A DNA stretch of 64,000 nt from an uncultured Gammaproteobacteria bacterium (GCA_964583685.1 CAZOVJ010000001.1:4033-68032); one strand, 5' to 3'. Counted from the stretch's first letter, positions 47,901 to 55,911 are shown. The notes: a model not told the origin generated them from the letters alone. Translations and numbers: made by a program.

Positions 47901-49731
47901 AGTTTCCAGCATTACTAACAGTAAACCTGGCATCATATGTATCATCAGTATGTGTCAGTCTTAATTGTTCTGAGCTTGAAGATACTTCTAATTTAGCATC
48001 TGGACTTGAATCTCCAATGCCAATATTGTCTGCTCCCGCATCAACAAAGAACAAATTAACATCTGTATCTCCTTCTATTCTCAAATCAGCATCATTGCCT
48101 TGTTCATTAAAGACAGCACCTCCATCAGCATGGAAGATAATATCTGCAGCTGAAGTAGAGGAACCACCAATGGCTAAATCATCACTGGTGGTTACTGGCG
48201 AAAGAACTCCAGAAATTCGTTGCCAAAAGCTGGAGACAGAACCTCCACCTAAATTAACCCAACTAGTACCGTTCCAAATATAGAGTGAGGTATCTGAAGT
48301 ATTAAAAACAAGCGTTCCTTGACCTATTGCGTTGGGGTTTGAAATAAATCGACCTAGTTGTACTTGTCCATCAAAGCGAGTATTACCCTCATCCACAAAA
48401 AGGGCCATAGCTTCGATGGCTCCATTATAACGTTTTAGTTTAAGGGTAGAGTAAATAGAATTTGAATATCCACGCTCGTCAAGAGTCAAGGTTAGGGCAT
48501 CGGAGAGGCCGGAGGCTTTTTTGGTAATTGTTGCACTACTACCAGCTTGCTGGCTTATTGAGAAATTTCCTGAAGTTTGAGAATAGCCAGTTATATTTTT
48601 TAACTTTCCCCCAGAGGTTAGGCGAGTAGTTTCGGCAGTTGAAATATCCTTTTCAACATTCAGATCTCCGGCAATTTGGGTATTACCGAGACTATCAACG
48701 CTGAAGCGGGTTTGGTTTGGAGAGCCGCTTTCTAGCTTTATAAGGTTGTAACCACTGGCATTATTGGCGACAATGCCATAATAAAGTGAGCCGGAGATTA
48801 AATTTGGTGCTTGGGCATTAAGAAAATTTCCCCTATAACCCTCAAAAAGGAAATGGGCGGTGCCAGAACCATCTGGATTTATTTCAATGTTTCCATCTGA
48901 GCCGGTAGGCGTGCTGATTGTTATTGCCTGGCCTTCAATTAAAAGATTGCCATCTGTTGCCTTTACGGCTGGAGCTTCCGAGGCCAGGAGAAGTTCGCCA
49001 TTCTCTGAAATAAGAGGGATTGTAGTTGGGCCGGCTTCAATAGAGGGATAGAATCCTTGCAAGCTTGCTGCTGTGTTGGCGGTCGAGACTGGAATAAGCC
49101 TGTCTGGTTCGCCTTCACTGGTGACCGCCGACAAAAACAGTTTTTCATTTTCAAAAAAGAGTTCAGTTGGAACATCATCTAATAATATCAAAATATCTCC
49201 ATTTGTATCAGGAGTAATTTGTTTTTGTTCAGAGGTCCAGACAGATTGATTTTTGTCTTCATCTTTATAGAGCCTGAAGGTTATTGATCGAGTAGTTGTA
49301 ATGGGAGCGTTTGCTTGATTTTTCAAGTTCATCTTGGCAAAAATTGTCCAGGGAGAAAGAATAGCTATTTCTTGCTCGCCAGAAGGCTCAATCTTTGTCG
49401 GTTCAGCTTGCTCAGCTGGAAAGACAGGCAAAAAGGGGATAGGAAGTTGTAATTTTTGGACAAGAAGGAAGATTAGGACAGCTGACCCGACGATTATACT
49501 ACCTCGGAAAAGATTAGTCAGATTAAACCGAGGAAGTCTGACCGGTTGAGGTTTTACCTCAGGAATTTGCTCAAAAGGATTTTGCTCAAGATGTCCTTCC
49601 TTCCGGGCCCAGTTAAAGAAGCGCTTTAAAGAAGACATTTTGCGCTTTGTGGTCGCAGCCGAGGAACGTTCGGCAATCTCTTCTTTATATTTTTTTACTA
49701 ATTCTGGTGTGATATTACTAAAATGGTCCAT
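41950..49731 (-). CDS. giant surface protein (2593 aa): N-terminal phage-integrase SAM-like domain, TM anchor, large repetitive beta-rich ectodomain with tail-fibre-like motifs
   Basis: N-terminus ITPELVKKYKEEIAERSSAATTKRKMSSLKRFFNWARKEGHLEQNPF matches the integrase core-binding fold. TM segment LFRGSIIVGSAVLIFLLVQKL. Internal ~1.3 kb near-identical DNA repeats. IGIGTTNPSTALEV / GIGTASPISKLHV tail-fibre-like motifs. Confidence 0.8.
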   Translation of the reverse strand: MDHFSNITPELVKKYKEEIAERSSAATTKRKMSSLKRFFNWARKEGHLEQNPFEQIPEVKPQPVRLPRFNLTNLFRGSIIVGSAVLIFLLVQKLQLPIPFLPVFPAEQAEPTKIEPSGEQEIAILSPWTIFAKMNLKNQANAPITTTRSITFRLYKDEDKNQSVWTSEQKQITPDTNGDILILLDDVPTELFFENEKLFLSAVTSEGEPDRLIPVSTANTAASLQGFYPSIEAGPTTIPLISENGELLLASEAPAVKATDGNLLIEGQAITISTPTGSDGNIEINPDGSGTAHFLFEGYRGNFLNAQAPNLISGSLYYGIVANNASGYNLIKLESGSPNQTRFSVDSLGNTQIAGDLNVEKDISTAETTRLTSGGKLKNITGYSQTSGNFSISQQAGSSATITKKASGLSDALTLTLDERGYSNSIYSTLKLKRYNGAIEAMALFVDEGNTRFDGQVQLGRFISNPNAIGQGTLVFNTSDTSLYIWNGTSWVNLGGGSVSSFWQRISGVLSPVTTSDDLAIGGSSTSAADIIFHADGGAVFNEQGNDADLRIEGDTDVNLFFVDAGADNIGIGDSSPDAKLEVSSSSEQLRLTHTDDTYDARFTVSNAGNLTIDVTGSYLAITDNLQVNGGDIGISTDTDLIQLASGALSVNGTLTATGNIDSSGGVIQTNSTNRIDNSGNLANIGTTQFNTVVYTWPGSDGSSGDILSTNSTGTLSWVDPDVAVAGGIYWTLTGETIHPKNALWHDLGIGGTSTAAATFHVAANTGAVKAANGAFDIDSSGNISDVGSITSDSNITTTGGYGSFSSYVLADYLQIQDTNDSHQLSLVWNENETVADRTLNFLVAAGDRSLTLNEDFTIGDGHAGTLTFSAASKTLTVEDDTYVNQDLTTDANPSFAGVTAGNIKVGVTGDEEIDTVSGNLTLDSAGGTVNVDDALTATGNIDSSGGVIQTNSTNRIDNSGNLANIGTTQFNTVVYTWPGSDGSSGDILSTNSTGTLSWVAQSGGGEGWWTESSGALYPINTTLDVLIGDTASSSADIIFHADGGAVFNEQGNDADLRIEGDTDVNLFFVDAGADNIGIGDSSPDAKLEVSSSSEQLRLTHTDDTYDARFTVSNAGNLTIDVTGSYLAITDNLQVNGGDIGISTDTDLIQLASGALSVNGTLTATGNITTTGGYGSFSSYVLADYLQIQDTNDSHQLSLVWNENETVADRTLNFLVAAGDRSLTLNEDFTIGDGHAGTLTFSAASKTLTVEDDTYVNQDLTTDANPSFAGVTAGNIKVGVTGDEEIDTVSGNLTLDSAGGTVNVDDALTATGTITADGGLITRSDANLTFSTTTSGNLTLSSVGDLLFTDDNATNIPLTVSDTDLSPFPSGDRALVDALNYVREIAAGETSFSGYWQLSSNVIAPRHESVYELAVGGTSTSSATFHVGLSGDLQAGGAAADVSYSRFGTATTGHAGNLTTADDLLVSGDLEIDGVLFLDGLIIANKTLGTSTITFTDTPTTSYNSLSASSWLIENTANVGLAALMVNQTKDGDILTASASGTPKMALTNAGVLKLYNATSTISNDSGDITINAASDNISLASDNLINVNDAYFAGQVGIGTASPISKLHVDGAVVGKALAIFNETGDQAIFTASASGTTKFVIEHSGRVGINDALQVGSTTTAAYSRFGTATTGHSGNLTAADDLLISGDLEIDGVLFLDGLIIANKTLGTSTITFTDTPTTAYNTLSASSWLIENTANLGQAALMVNQTKGGDIFTASASGTPKFVIDNSGKVGIGTTNPSTALEVSGTVTATDFECDGCIDEGDLETAPDIQYVATDPNQRVTTSATYADFASQSSVTVNMGGLGTHWTFDFWVLTQMDQDGTGYLELYDVTNSQSISGSEVSFTSRSPIALSATGVTMPSSGTVTFRVRGKVPGSGSYLRLFWWAIYCRRTGAGADLAEYYRSTEPLGAGDVVAINFNEDKKINKSSQAYDPSSIGIVSSEPGMVLGNIDGTRQQSDAYPVALAGRVPVKVSLEGGVIKRGDPLTSSSVPGVAMKANSAGPIIGKAMEEFNGYSGQVMAFVNLSYYNPGVDTGDEVFDQVKITDREAGTYAIDQTGNLLGLGAWHSKLEDSSPITISEGESQAILEQLSQLGNLASKTLSAAVVNIYETLSAKEIKTFALEVTENIKAGAITARELAVDGLRAVGIKTALIETELISPVPDGNLVIDLDNSSPDASESAFGKLIVKGEGGEEVASIDAEGNARLAGDLEARQASFSGKMSSNQLAVASDATIAGELHAKKIYADEIVTSELSTVDSEQSITLEEIEELLREAEEEQSLLADSTDWNINTATDSSNLDELALNNLYVTETAAMNSLSLSQSLTIGPDLIIQSQMTDDQSLTINSIDTLSAPLKLQSLALAPLEIMAGKVRIDTDGNMQITGNLYVGGQIEASGLTLRESEQENGGPASPAGGFGKLLNLLDAEGNEIASIDASGSGQFKTVSTDKLIIAGSEATTSATLLTGLVTETNATAGKAMIPAGSREITIKNPRVTDYSLIYVTPTSSTLNNVLYVKSKNSCTEETQECKPNFVVGFNQALEVDVEFNWWIIDVTE

Positions 49732-49858
49732 ATTAAGGATGTCTAAAATCTAGCCACTTTTTCCGTCCGCCTAGAGTACTTGGCCAGCTAGAGGCAGTTG
49801 TGGTGTTCTTGAGGTTGATACCTTTTAATGTTGTTTGTGGCAGTTTTGTCATGGACAG

Positions 49859-50368
49859 TTATTGGATACGAGATGCTGAATTTTCAGCTTCTAGCCAAGA
49901 AATGAATTGTTTTATATCAGAAAGATAGTTTTTGATAGTATTGTGAGATACTTTTTCGCTTTGGAGATGGTTTTTGAATGAGCCAGCAATTGACTGTGAG
50001 AAGTCTTTGGAGGGTAGAGAGATCTCTCCCGAAGAGGGAATGTTGCTAATTTCTTCGGTAAAGTTGTAGTCTATGGTCTGAATTCCCTGAAGAAAACGAC
50101 CGAAATGACGGAGAGTGGACAACCGACGATTAATGGTTTTGTTGGCAATCTTATTTTGGACAAGAAAATTTTTATATTCCTGAGCCAGCTTTTTGGACAG
50201 ATAGGGAAGGATGTCATCTAAGCCTTCGGCCAAGGCGCCCCAATTACGGGCCTTGAGTAAAATCCAGCCGGTAAAATGGGAAAGGTCTGAACGATAAAAC
50301 TTTAAGCTTTTTGGAGAAATGCCAATTTCTTCTGTGAGATAGGTTTCAAATTTCTTTTTGATGGGCAT
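49859..50368 (-). CDS. protein made of tandem phage-integrase N-terminal SAM-like (core-binding) domains, no catalytic domain
   Basis: Two repeats of the motif seen at the N-terminus of the giant gene: ...SPKSLKFYRSDLSHFTGWI...TINRRLSTLRHFGRFL and ...VSHNTIKNYLSDIKQFISWL. 169 aa. Confidence 0.55.
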   Translation of the reverse strand: MPIKKKFETYLTEEIGISPKSLKFYRSDLSHFTGWILLKARNWGALAEGLDDILPYLSKKLAQEYKNFLVQNKIANKTINRRLSTLRHFGRFLQGIQTIDYNFTEEISNIPSSGEISLPSKDFSQSIAGSFKNHLQSEKVSHNTIKNYLSDIKQFISWLEAENSASRIQ

Positions 50369-50954
50369 GGTTAGATCGAGAGTAAATTATACTGATTATA
50401 CTAATTATACTATTTCTAAAAGGCCTAAAAGAGTTTGTCAAGGGGCATTTTAGCTCAAAATTAATTTGAATCTATTAATTTTTCACGCATGATGATAGTT
50501 TAATTTCCGCGGGCAAATTTGCCTATCTCTTTATATTAAAATATGTCAATCTATTATCCTATAAGAAGGAATTCTTGCTTAAAAACTTTTAAAACACGTG
50601 CCTGGCTTGAGGCTTGCGGTAATCTGCGGAAAAAGAGATTTTAATGAAGAATTTAAATTGAGATTGCGCAAATTGAGCTGATTTACTGGCTATTTATCTT
50701 TTAGCAGCTCATTATCTTAAGTGCTAGGAAAAATCATGTTTGAAAATGGCCAAGAAATAGGAGTTTCTTTATTTTTTAATCCCTAAACTTTTCTTGCTTA
50801 ATAATTGAGCGACAATATAAACAACAATCAAAAAGGCGATGAGTTGGAGACTGTAATGGGCCAAGGGGCTTTTTAGTCGAAAAAAAGGCAAAAGCGACTG
50901 AGATACCGAGAATTAAGCTGTTGACAATGAATTGCAGTCGGGCAGAAAGCATTT

Positions 50955-51218
50955 TTATCTACTCAAACCTTCAAAAATCCACCTTTTGATAAGTGATTGG
51001 TAAGGAATATCTATTTTATGAGCTTTGATTTTGACTCTCTCGATTAGAGTTTGTGGCAAGCGAATAGTTATTGGTTTGCTTGTTAATTTTAAGTTTGGAA
51101 ACTTCCAATTCTCCAATGATTTGTATTCCACATATTCAGTTGAGTCGACCTTTTGCCAGAACCTGCGTTCTTCTGCCTCTGATTTAAATTTTGGAATCCT
51201 TTTTAGTCTTTTCTTCAT
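50955..51218 (-). CDS. brnA: BrnA antitoxin (RHH)
   Basis: KPITIRLPQTLIERVKIKAHKIDIPYQSLIKRWIFEGL matches the BrnA C-terminal signature. Overlaps upstream brnT. Confidence 0.7.
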   Translation of the reverse strand: MKKRLKRIPKFKSEAEERRFWQKVDSTEYVEYKSLENWKFPNLKLTSKPITIRLPQTLIERVKIKAHKIDIPYQSLIKRWIFEGLSR

Positions 51219-51537
51219 ATATACTCCTTTCTCTTTTATTGGCAGCTCTTCCTGAGATTACCCTGATTTTATCTTTTCTAATGGTAAAAACTACAAATAG
51301 TATCTTCTCTTCAAAATCTTTACCTATTGCTATAAATCGCTTTTCTTCCTGGCTATGTTTTATGTCCCTTTCTATTCGTAAATTGTCGTCTAAAAAAACT
51401 TCCTCTGTTTGATTCGGTGTAATTCCGTGCTTTTTATAACTTTTGTCTATGTTGTTTTTATCCCATTCAAAACCCTTAGTTTTACCAAAATCAACCACTG
51501 TACATGTATTATATGTACATAGCGAATCTTTTGTCAA
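51184..51537 (-). CDS. brnT: BrnT ribonuclease toxin (DUF497)
   Basis: FEWDKNNIDKSYKKHGITPNQTEEVF...RFIAIG...IRVISGRAANKRERSIYE matches the BrnT consensus. Confidence 0.7.
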   Translation of the reverse strand: MTKDSLCTYNTCTVVDFGKTKGFEWDKNNIDKSYKKHGITPNQTEEVFLDDNLRIERDIKHSQEEKRFIAIGKDFEEKILFVVFTIRKDKIRVISGRAANKRERSIYEEKTKKDSKI

Positions 51538-51572
51538 TAATGTGTATTGGAACTTATTGAGGATGTGATAAA

Positions 51573-54161
51573 ATGACAGCCAAGGTGGCTGAAAAATACA
51601 ATCATCAAAAGATAGAAAAGAAGTGGCAAAAAAAATGGGAGAAGACGGGCTTATACACTCCGGATATCCCTTCGGCCAAAAGGCCTTTTTATAATCTTTG
51701 GATGTTTCCTTATCCCTCGGCTGAAGGTCTCCATGCTGGTCATGTCTTTGCCTCGACTGGCTCAGATGTTTACGGCCGCTTTATGCGCATGCGGGGCAAG
51801 GATGTTTTTCAGCCGATTGGCTATGATTCTTTTGGTATCCATTCCGAGAATTTTGCCCTAAAAATTGGTGAGCATCCTCAAAAAATGCTGAGCCGAACCA
51901 TCAAAAACTATGAACGACAATTGATGAGTTTGGGGCATGGCTATGATTGGAACCGAACACTGATGACTTCTGATATAGATTATTATAGATGGACACAGTG
52001 GCTTTTTATCCAGATGTTCAAAGCAGGCCTGGCTTATCGGGCCAAGGCAAGGGTTAATTGGTGTCCTTCTTGCAAGACGGTTTTGGCTGACGAGCAGGTG
52101 ATTAGCGGCAGATGCGAAAGATGTTCAGCTGAGGTTGAGCACAAAGAATTGGAGCAATGGTTTTTCAAGATTACCAGCTATGCTGACAGATTATTGGCCA
52201 ACTTAGAAAAGATTGACTGGCCGGAAAAGATAAAGACCATTCAGAAAAACTGGATCGGCCGGTCAAAGGGAATGATAATAAAATTCAAAAATCAAAATTC
52301 AAAAATCTCCCGCAGAGCGGGATCCCGTCTCGCGGGAAAAATTTCCGTTTTTACTACCCGGCCGGATACCCTTTTTGGTACGACTTTTTTGGTTCTGTCG
52401 CCAGAGAAGGCGAAAAAATTTCTCAGCCTTGTTCCCTTGAGCAAAAAAGCTACTATATCAAAATATATCGAAAGAACACTGAGGAGAACAAAACAAGAAA
52501 GAAAATTGGAGGAAAAAGAGAGAATTGGGCTGGATATGGGCTTTAAGGCAATTAATCCGGCAAACCAAGAGAGGGTGCCGGTTTTTGTGGCTGATTATGT
52601 TTTAATGGAGCATGGTACGGGGGCAGTCATGGGCGTGCCCGGACATGATCATCGGGATTGGGATTTTGCCAAAAAATACAATTTACCGATTATTGAAGTG
52701 GTTGGCGGTGGACAGATGCAAAAGGCTGCTTATACCGGGCCGGGCAAGCTGATTAATTCTGATGAATGGAACGGCTGGCAAATGCCTCAGCAGTTGGACA
52801 AGGTTTTAGATTATCTGGAAAAAAAGAAATGGGCTAAAAAAACCACTACTTATCATCTTCGCGATTGGTTGATTTCCCGGCAGCGCTATTGGGGTCCGCC
52901 CATTCCCATGATTTATTGTCCAAAGTGTGCCAAAAAAGGGAAAGCTAGCTCTATGTCCGGATGGTATCCGGTGGAGGAGAGCGAGTTGCCAGTAGAATTG
53001 CCTTATTATAGGGACTATCAACCCAAGGGTGGAGGAAGGGGGCCGTTGGCCGACCATCCGGAGTTTTATCAAACAAAATGCCCGGTTTGTGGGGCTGAGG
53101 CTCAACGGGAGACTGATGTTTCCGATACTTTTCTTGATTCTTCCTGGTATTTTTTGCGCTATCCTTCGACTCGCTCCGCTCGCTCAGGACAGGTCCCTTT
53201 TGATCCAAAGATTACCAAGAAGTGGTTACCGGTTAATCTTTATTTTGGCGGAGCTGAGCATGCTGTCCTCCATCTTTTGTATGCCCGCTTTATTAGTCTA
53301 GCCCTTGATGACATGGGCTATTTGAAGTTTTCCTCCAGAGTGAGAGGAGAGCCTTTTCCTTGGTTTTATAGCCATGGCTTGATGATTAAGGACGGAGCCA
53401 AGATGAGCAAGTCAAGAGGCAATGTGGTTAATCCCGATGAGTATATTGAGAAATTTGGGGCCGATACATTGCGTCTTTACCTGATATTTATGGGGCCGAT
53501 GGATGGAACTCCGGATTTTAGGGATACGGGCATTGAGGGAATGCATCGTTTCTTAATGCGGGTTTGGGGATTATTTCAAAGTCAAGGGGCTGAGCAACTC
53601 GAGAAGGAGTTGCTGGTCAAAATGCATCAAACTATAAAGAAAGTGACGGAAGACATTGAGAAATTTCATTATAATACGGCCATTTCCAGCATTATGGAGT
53701 ATGTCAACGTGCTCCGCACTCAAACTCAAAACTCAAATCTCAAAACTCAAAACAATAGGGAATGGTCTGAATGTCTGCGGGTATTGGTCCTTTTGCTCGC
53801 CCCTTTTGCTCCCCATCTGGCGGAGGAGATATGGCAAAATCTCTCCCGCGGAGCGGGGTCCCTGCCTGGGCAGACAGGACAAAAATCTTTTAAATCCATC
53901 CATCTTGAGGCCTGGCCAAAATATAATTCCAAATTGATAAAAGAGACTTTGGTGAGAATTGTTGTACAGGTCAATGACCGGGTTCGCAGTCAGATAGATG
54001 TTGATAGCCTGAGGTTGAAGGATGAGACCTATGTTGAGGAAATGGCTAAAAAGGATGAAAAGGCAAGGAATTGGCTGAAGTCCAGGAAAATTAGAAGGGT
54101 TGTTTATGTGCCTGGTCGGCTAATCAATTTTCTCGTCACTCCTGGCCATGGAAAAAATTGA
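51573..54161 (+). CDS. leuS: leucyl-tRNA synthetase, carrying two in-frame repeat-element insertions
   Basis: Class I HIGH (PYPSAEGLHAGHV) and KMSKS motifs. NWIGRS...TTRPDT block. 862 aa. Inserts at 52281-52345 and 53718-53880. Confidence 0.95.
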   Translation: MTAKVAEKYNHQKIEKKWQKKWEKTGLYTPDIPSAKRPFYNLWMFPYPSAEGLHAGHVFASTGSDVYGRFMRMRGKDVFQPIGYDSFGIHSENFALKIGEHPQKMLSRTIKNYERQLMSLGHGYDWNRTLMTSDIDYYRWTQWLFIQMFKAGLAYRAKARVNWCPSCKTVLADEQVISGRCERCSAEVEHKELEQWFFKITSYADRLLANLEKIDWPEKIKTIQKNWIGRSKGMIIKFKNQNSKISRRAGSRLAGKISVFTTRPDTLFGTTFLVLSPEKAKKFLSLVPLSKKATISKYIERTLRRTKQERKLEEKERIGLDMGFKAINPANQERVPVFVADYVLMEHGTGAVMGVPGHDHRDWDFAKKYNLPIIEVVGGGQMQKAAYTGPGKLINSDEWNGWQMPQQLDKVLDYLEKKKWAKKTTTYHLRDWLISRQRYWGPPIPMIYCPKCAKKGKASSMSGWYPVEESELPVELPYYRDYQPKGGGRGPLADHPEFYQTKCPVCGAEAQRETDVSDTFLDSSWYFLRYPSTRSARSGQVPFDPKITKKWLPVNLYFGGAEHAVLHLLYARFISLALDDMGYLKFSSRVRGEPFPWFYSHGLMIKDGAKMSKSRGNVVNPDEYIEKFGADTLRLYLIFMGPMDGTPDFRDTGIEGMHRFLMRVWGLFQSQGAEQLEKELLVKMHQTIKKVTEDIEKFHYNTAISSIMEYVNVLRTQTQNSNLKTQNNREWSECLRVLVLLLAPFAPHLAEEIWQNLSRGAGSLPGQTGQKSFKSIHLEAWPKYNSKLIKETLVRIVVQVNDRVRSQIDVDSLRLKDETYVEEMAKKDEKARNWLKSRKIRRVVYVPGRLINFLVTPGHGKN
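52281..52345 (+). repeat. family-1 repeat element (AAATTCAAAAATC... + cccgcagagcggg-atc-ccgtctcgcggg) inserted in frame in leuS
   Basis: Encodes KNQNSKISRRAGSRLAGKIS between the conserved NWIGRS and TTRPDT blocks. Same palindrome in reverse orientation at 30621-30648. Confidence 0.7.
53718..53880 (+). repeat. family-1 composite insert in leuS (CAAAACTCAAA tracts + cccgcggagcgggg palindrome)
   Basis: Encodes QTQNSNLKTQNN ... NLSRGAGSLPGQTGQ in regions that are short in other LeuRS. Confidence 0.55.
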
Positions 54162-54771
54162 TTGGCAAGAGCTGCTTTTCAAATTTCGTTGGCAGATTGT
54201 CTTTCTTCTTTTGGGTCTTATCTTGGTTGCTGGGGGCTTGATTTTAGCCAAAAGCGATATTTTCTCTCCTAAACCTCAGATAGAGATTCTAGAGAGCGTT
54301 TCAGAAGGAGAGGGGGCAAATAAGCATGTTATTGTCGAAATAGCCGGTAGTGTGGAAAAGCCTGGGGTTTATAAATTGCCGGCTAGTTCGCGAATTGAAG
54401 ATTTACTGATTGCTTGTGGTGGAGTTTCAGCTGACGCGGACCGTGAATGGATGGAAAAAACTCTGAATCGAGCCGCCAAGTTGGTTGATGGCCAAAAGAT
54501 TTTTATTCCCGCCTTCGCCAAGGCTTCGGCGGGTGGGCCAAGGGAAACTCAAAACAACGGAACCGCGGTGGCGGGGAGTTATATCTCCGAGTTGATAAAC
54601 ATCAATACGGCCAGTCAAAAAGAACTGGAAACACTGTGGGGAATTGGCCCTGTTACAGCCCAAAACATCATTGAACACAGACCTTACTCATCTGTCGAAG
54701 AACTGCTTTCCAAAAAGATTTTAAAGACAAATGTTTATGAAAGGACCAAAGATAAGCTATCAGTCTATTAA
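54148..54771 (+). CDS. comEA: competence protein ComEA (TM anchor, SLBB domain, C-terminal HhH DNA-binding)
   Basis: NINTASQKELETLWGIGPVTAQNIIEHRP HhH signature. Contains a family-2 repeat encoding PAFAKASAGGPR. Confidence 0.8.
   Translation: MEKIDWQELLFKFRWQIVFLLLGLILVAGGLILAKSDIFSPKPQIEILESVSEGEGANKHVIVEIAGSVEKPGVYKLPASSRIEDLLIACGGVSADADREWMEKTLNRAAKLVDGQKIFIPAFAKASAGGPRETQNNGTAVAGSYISELININTASQKELETLWGIGPVTAQNIIEHRPYSSVEELLSKKILKTNVYERTKDKLSVY
54508..54538 (+). repeat. family-2 GC-rich palindromic repeat (cccgccttcgccaaggcttcggcgggtgggcc) in comEA
   Basis: Near-identical copies at 56367-56400, 58717-58764 and 62725-62788. Diverged copies at 8101-8133, 59091-59124, 61731-61775 and 62915-62962. 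Confidence 0.75.
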
Positions 54772-54825
54772 AAAATCAAAATTACAAGTTAAAATTCAAA
54801 AATTTTAAGATTTTGCATTGTCATT

Positions 54826-55899
54826 TTGCATTTTCTTAAGATGAGATATTCGTTATGGTTCTTTTTAATTTTCCTGGTTGTTTTTCGCTTTTTAACAACC
54901 CGGCCGATTTATAAAAACGGCGATAAGGTACGGTTAAGAGGTCAGGTTTCTTCAGAACCAACAAGATATAGCCAGCAGCAAGGATTAAACCTAGCAGGCC
55001 TCAAAATTTATTTGCCGCTTTACCCGGAAATCAATTATGGAGACAGAATTGTTGTCAGGGGAGTGGTGGAAGATAGAGTTTTGAAAAATGCTCAGCTAAT
55101 CAGGTTTGAAGAAAGCAAGAGCCTTTTTTTTAAAGTGAGAAAAAAGCTGGTCGCATTTTATCAAAGCTCCCTAGCCGAGCCTCATTCGGCTTTGCTTGGA
55201 GGAGTGGTTTTGGGCACTAAAGCCAGTCTGCCTAAGGATTTTTGGCAGGCTTTGAAAAAGACCGGCACCGCTCATGTCGTTGTTGCTTCGGGAATGAATG
55301 TTACCTTGGTAGCCAATTTTTTAATTAGCCTGCTCATTTCATTTTTACCCCGAAAAAAAGCTATTCCAGTTGCTCTGTTGGGAATTTGGGCCTATTCTTT
55401 TGTTTCTGGTTTTGATGCTCCGATTATCAGGGCGGCCATCATGAGCTCTTTGGCCTTTAGTGGCCAGGCTCTGGGCAAGCTTTACCAAGCTTGGCGAGCT
55501 CTGTTTCTGTCAGCTGGGGTTATGCTTGTAGTTAAGCCGGATTGGCTCTTTGATTTGGGTTTTATCTTATCCTTTGCGGCCACGGCCTCACTGATGCTTT
55601 TTGGGAGTAAAATTTACCGTTTGATACAGTTTATGCCGGGAATATTCAGAGAGGGATTGGCAACCTCTCTGGCCGCCCAGATTGGAGTAGCGCCCTTACT
55701 TTATCTGAGCTTTGGCCAATTTAATCTTCTTACTCCTTTAATCAATGCCCTGGTTCTTTGGACAATTCCGATAATGACAGTCATTGGTTTTGTTGCTGGA
55801 CTGCTGGGCTTAATTGTGCCCTTTCTTGGTAGTTTGATATTGTTTTTGTGCTATCCTTTGACCAGCTGGTTTATAAGTATAGTTGGCTTGTTTGGTTAA
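54826..55899 (+). CDS. comEC: ComEC/Rec2 membrane channel (competence domain), N-terminal part of a split comEC
   Basis: Polytopic competence-domain segment. Stops 12 nt before the next ORF, which carries the MBL domain. Confidence 0.65.
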   Translation: MHFLKMRYSLWFFLIFLVVFRFLTTRPIYKNGDKVRLRGQVSSEPTRYSQQQGLNLAGLKIYLPLYPEINYGDRIVVRGVVEDRVLKNAQLIRFEESKSLFFKVRKKLVAFYQSSLAEPHSALLGGVVLGTKASLPKDFWQALKKTGTAHVVVASGMNVTLVANFLISLLISFLPRKKAIPVALLGIWAYSFVSGFDAPIIRAAIMSSLAFSGQALGKLYQAWRALFLSAGVMLVVKPDWLFDLGFILSFAATASLMLFGSKIYRLIQFMPGIFREGLATSLAAQIGVAPLLYLSFGQFNLLTPLINALVLWTIPIMTVIGFVAGLLGLIVPFLGSLILFLCYPLTSWFISIVGLFG

Positions 55900-55911
55900 C
55901 AAGGTTCTGAA

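Noticed and set aside
33769-49549. Dozens of short plus-strand ORFs (e.g. 34299-34580, 35274-35654, 38402-38764, 42149-43285, 46496-46681, 48017-48283)
   Set aside because: Antisense to the two giant minus-strand genes. Repetitive low-complexity translations. Duplicated copies simply mirror the sense-strand repeats.
50400-50950. 58-aa minus-strand ORF (MLSARLQFIVNSLILGISVAFAFFSTKK...) in the AT-rich spacer
   Set aside because: Below the track threshold. No clear RBS and no conservation evidence. Possibly a small membrane peptide but unsupported.
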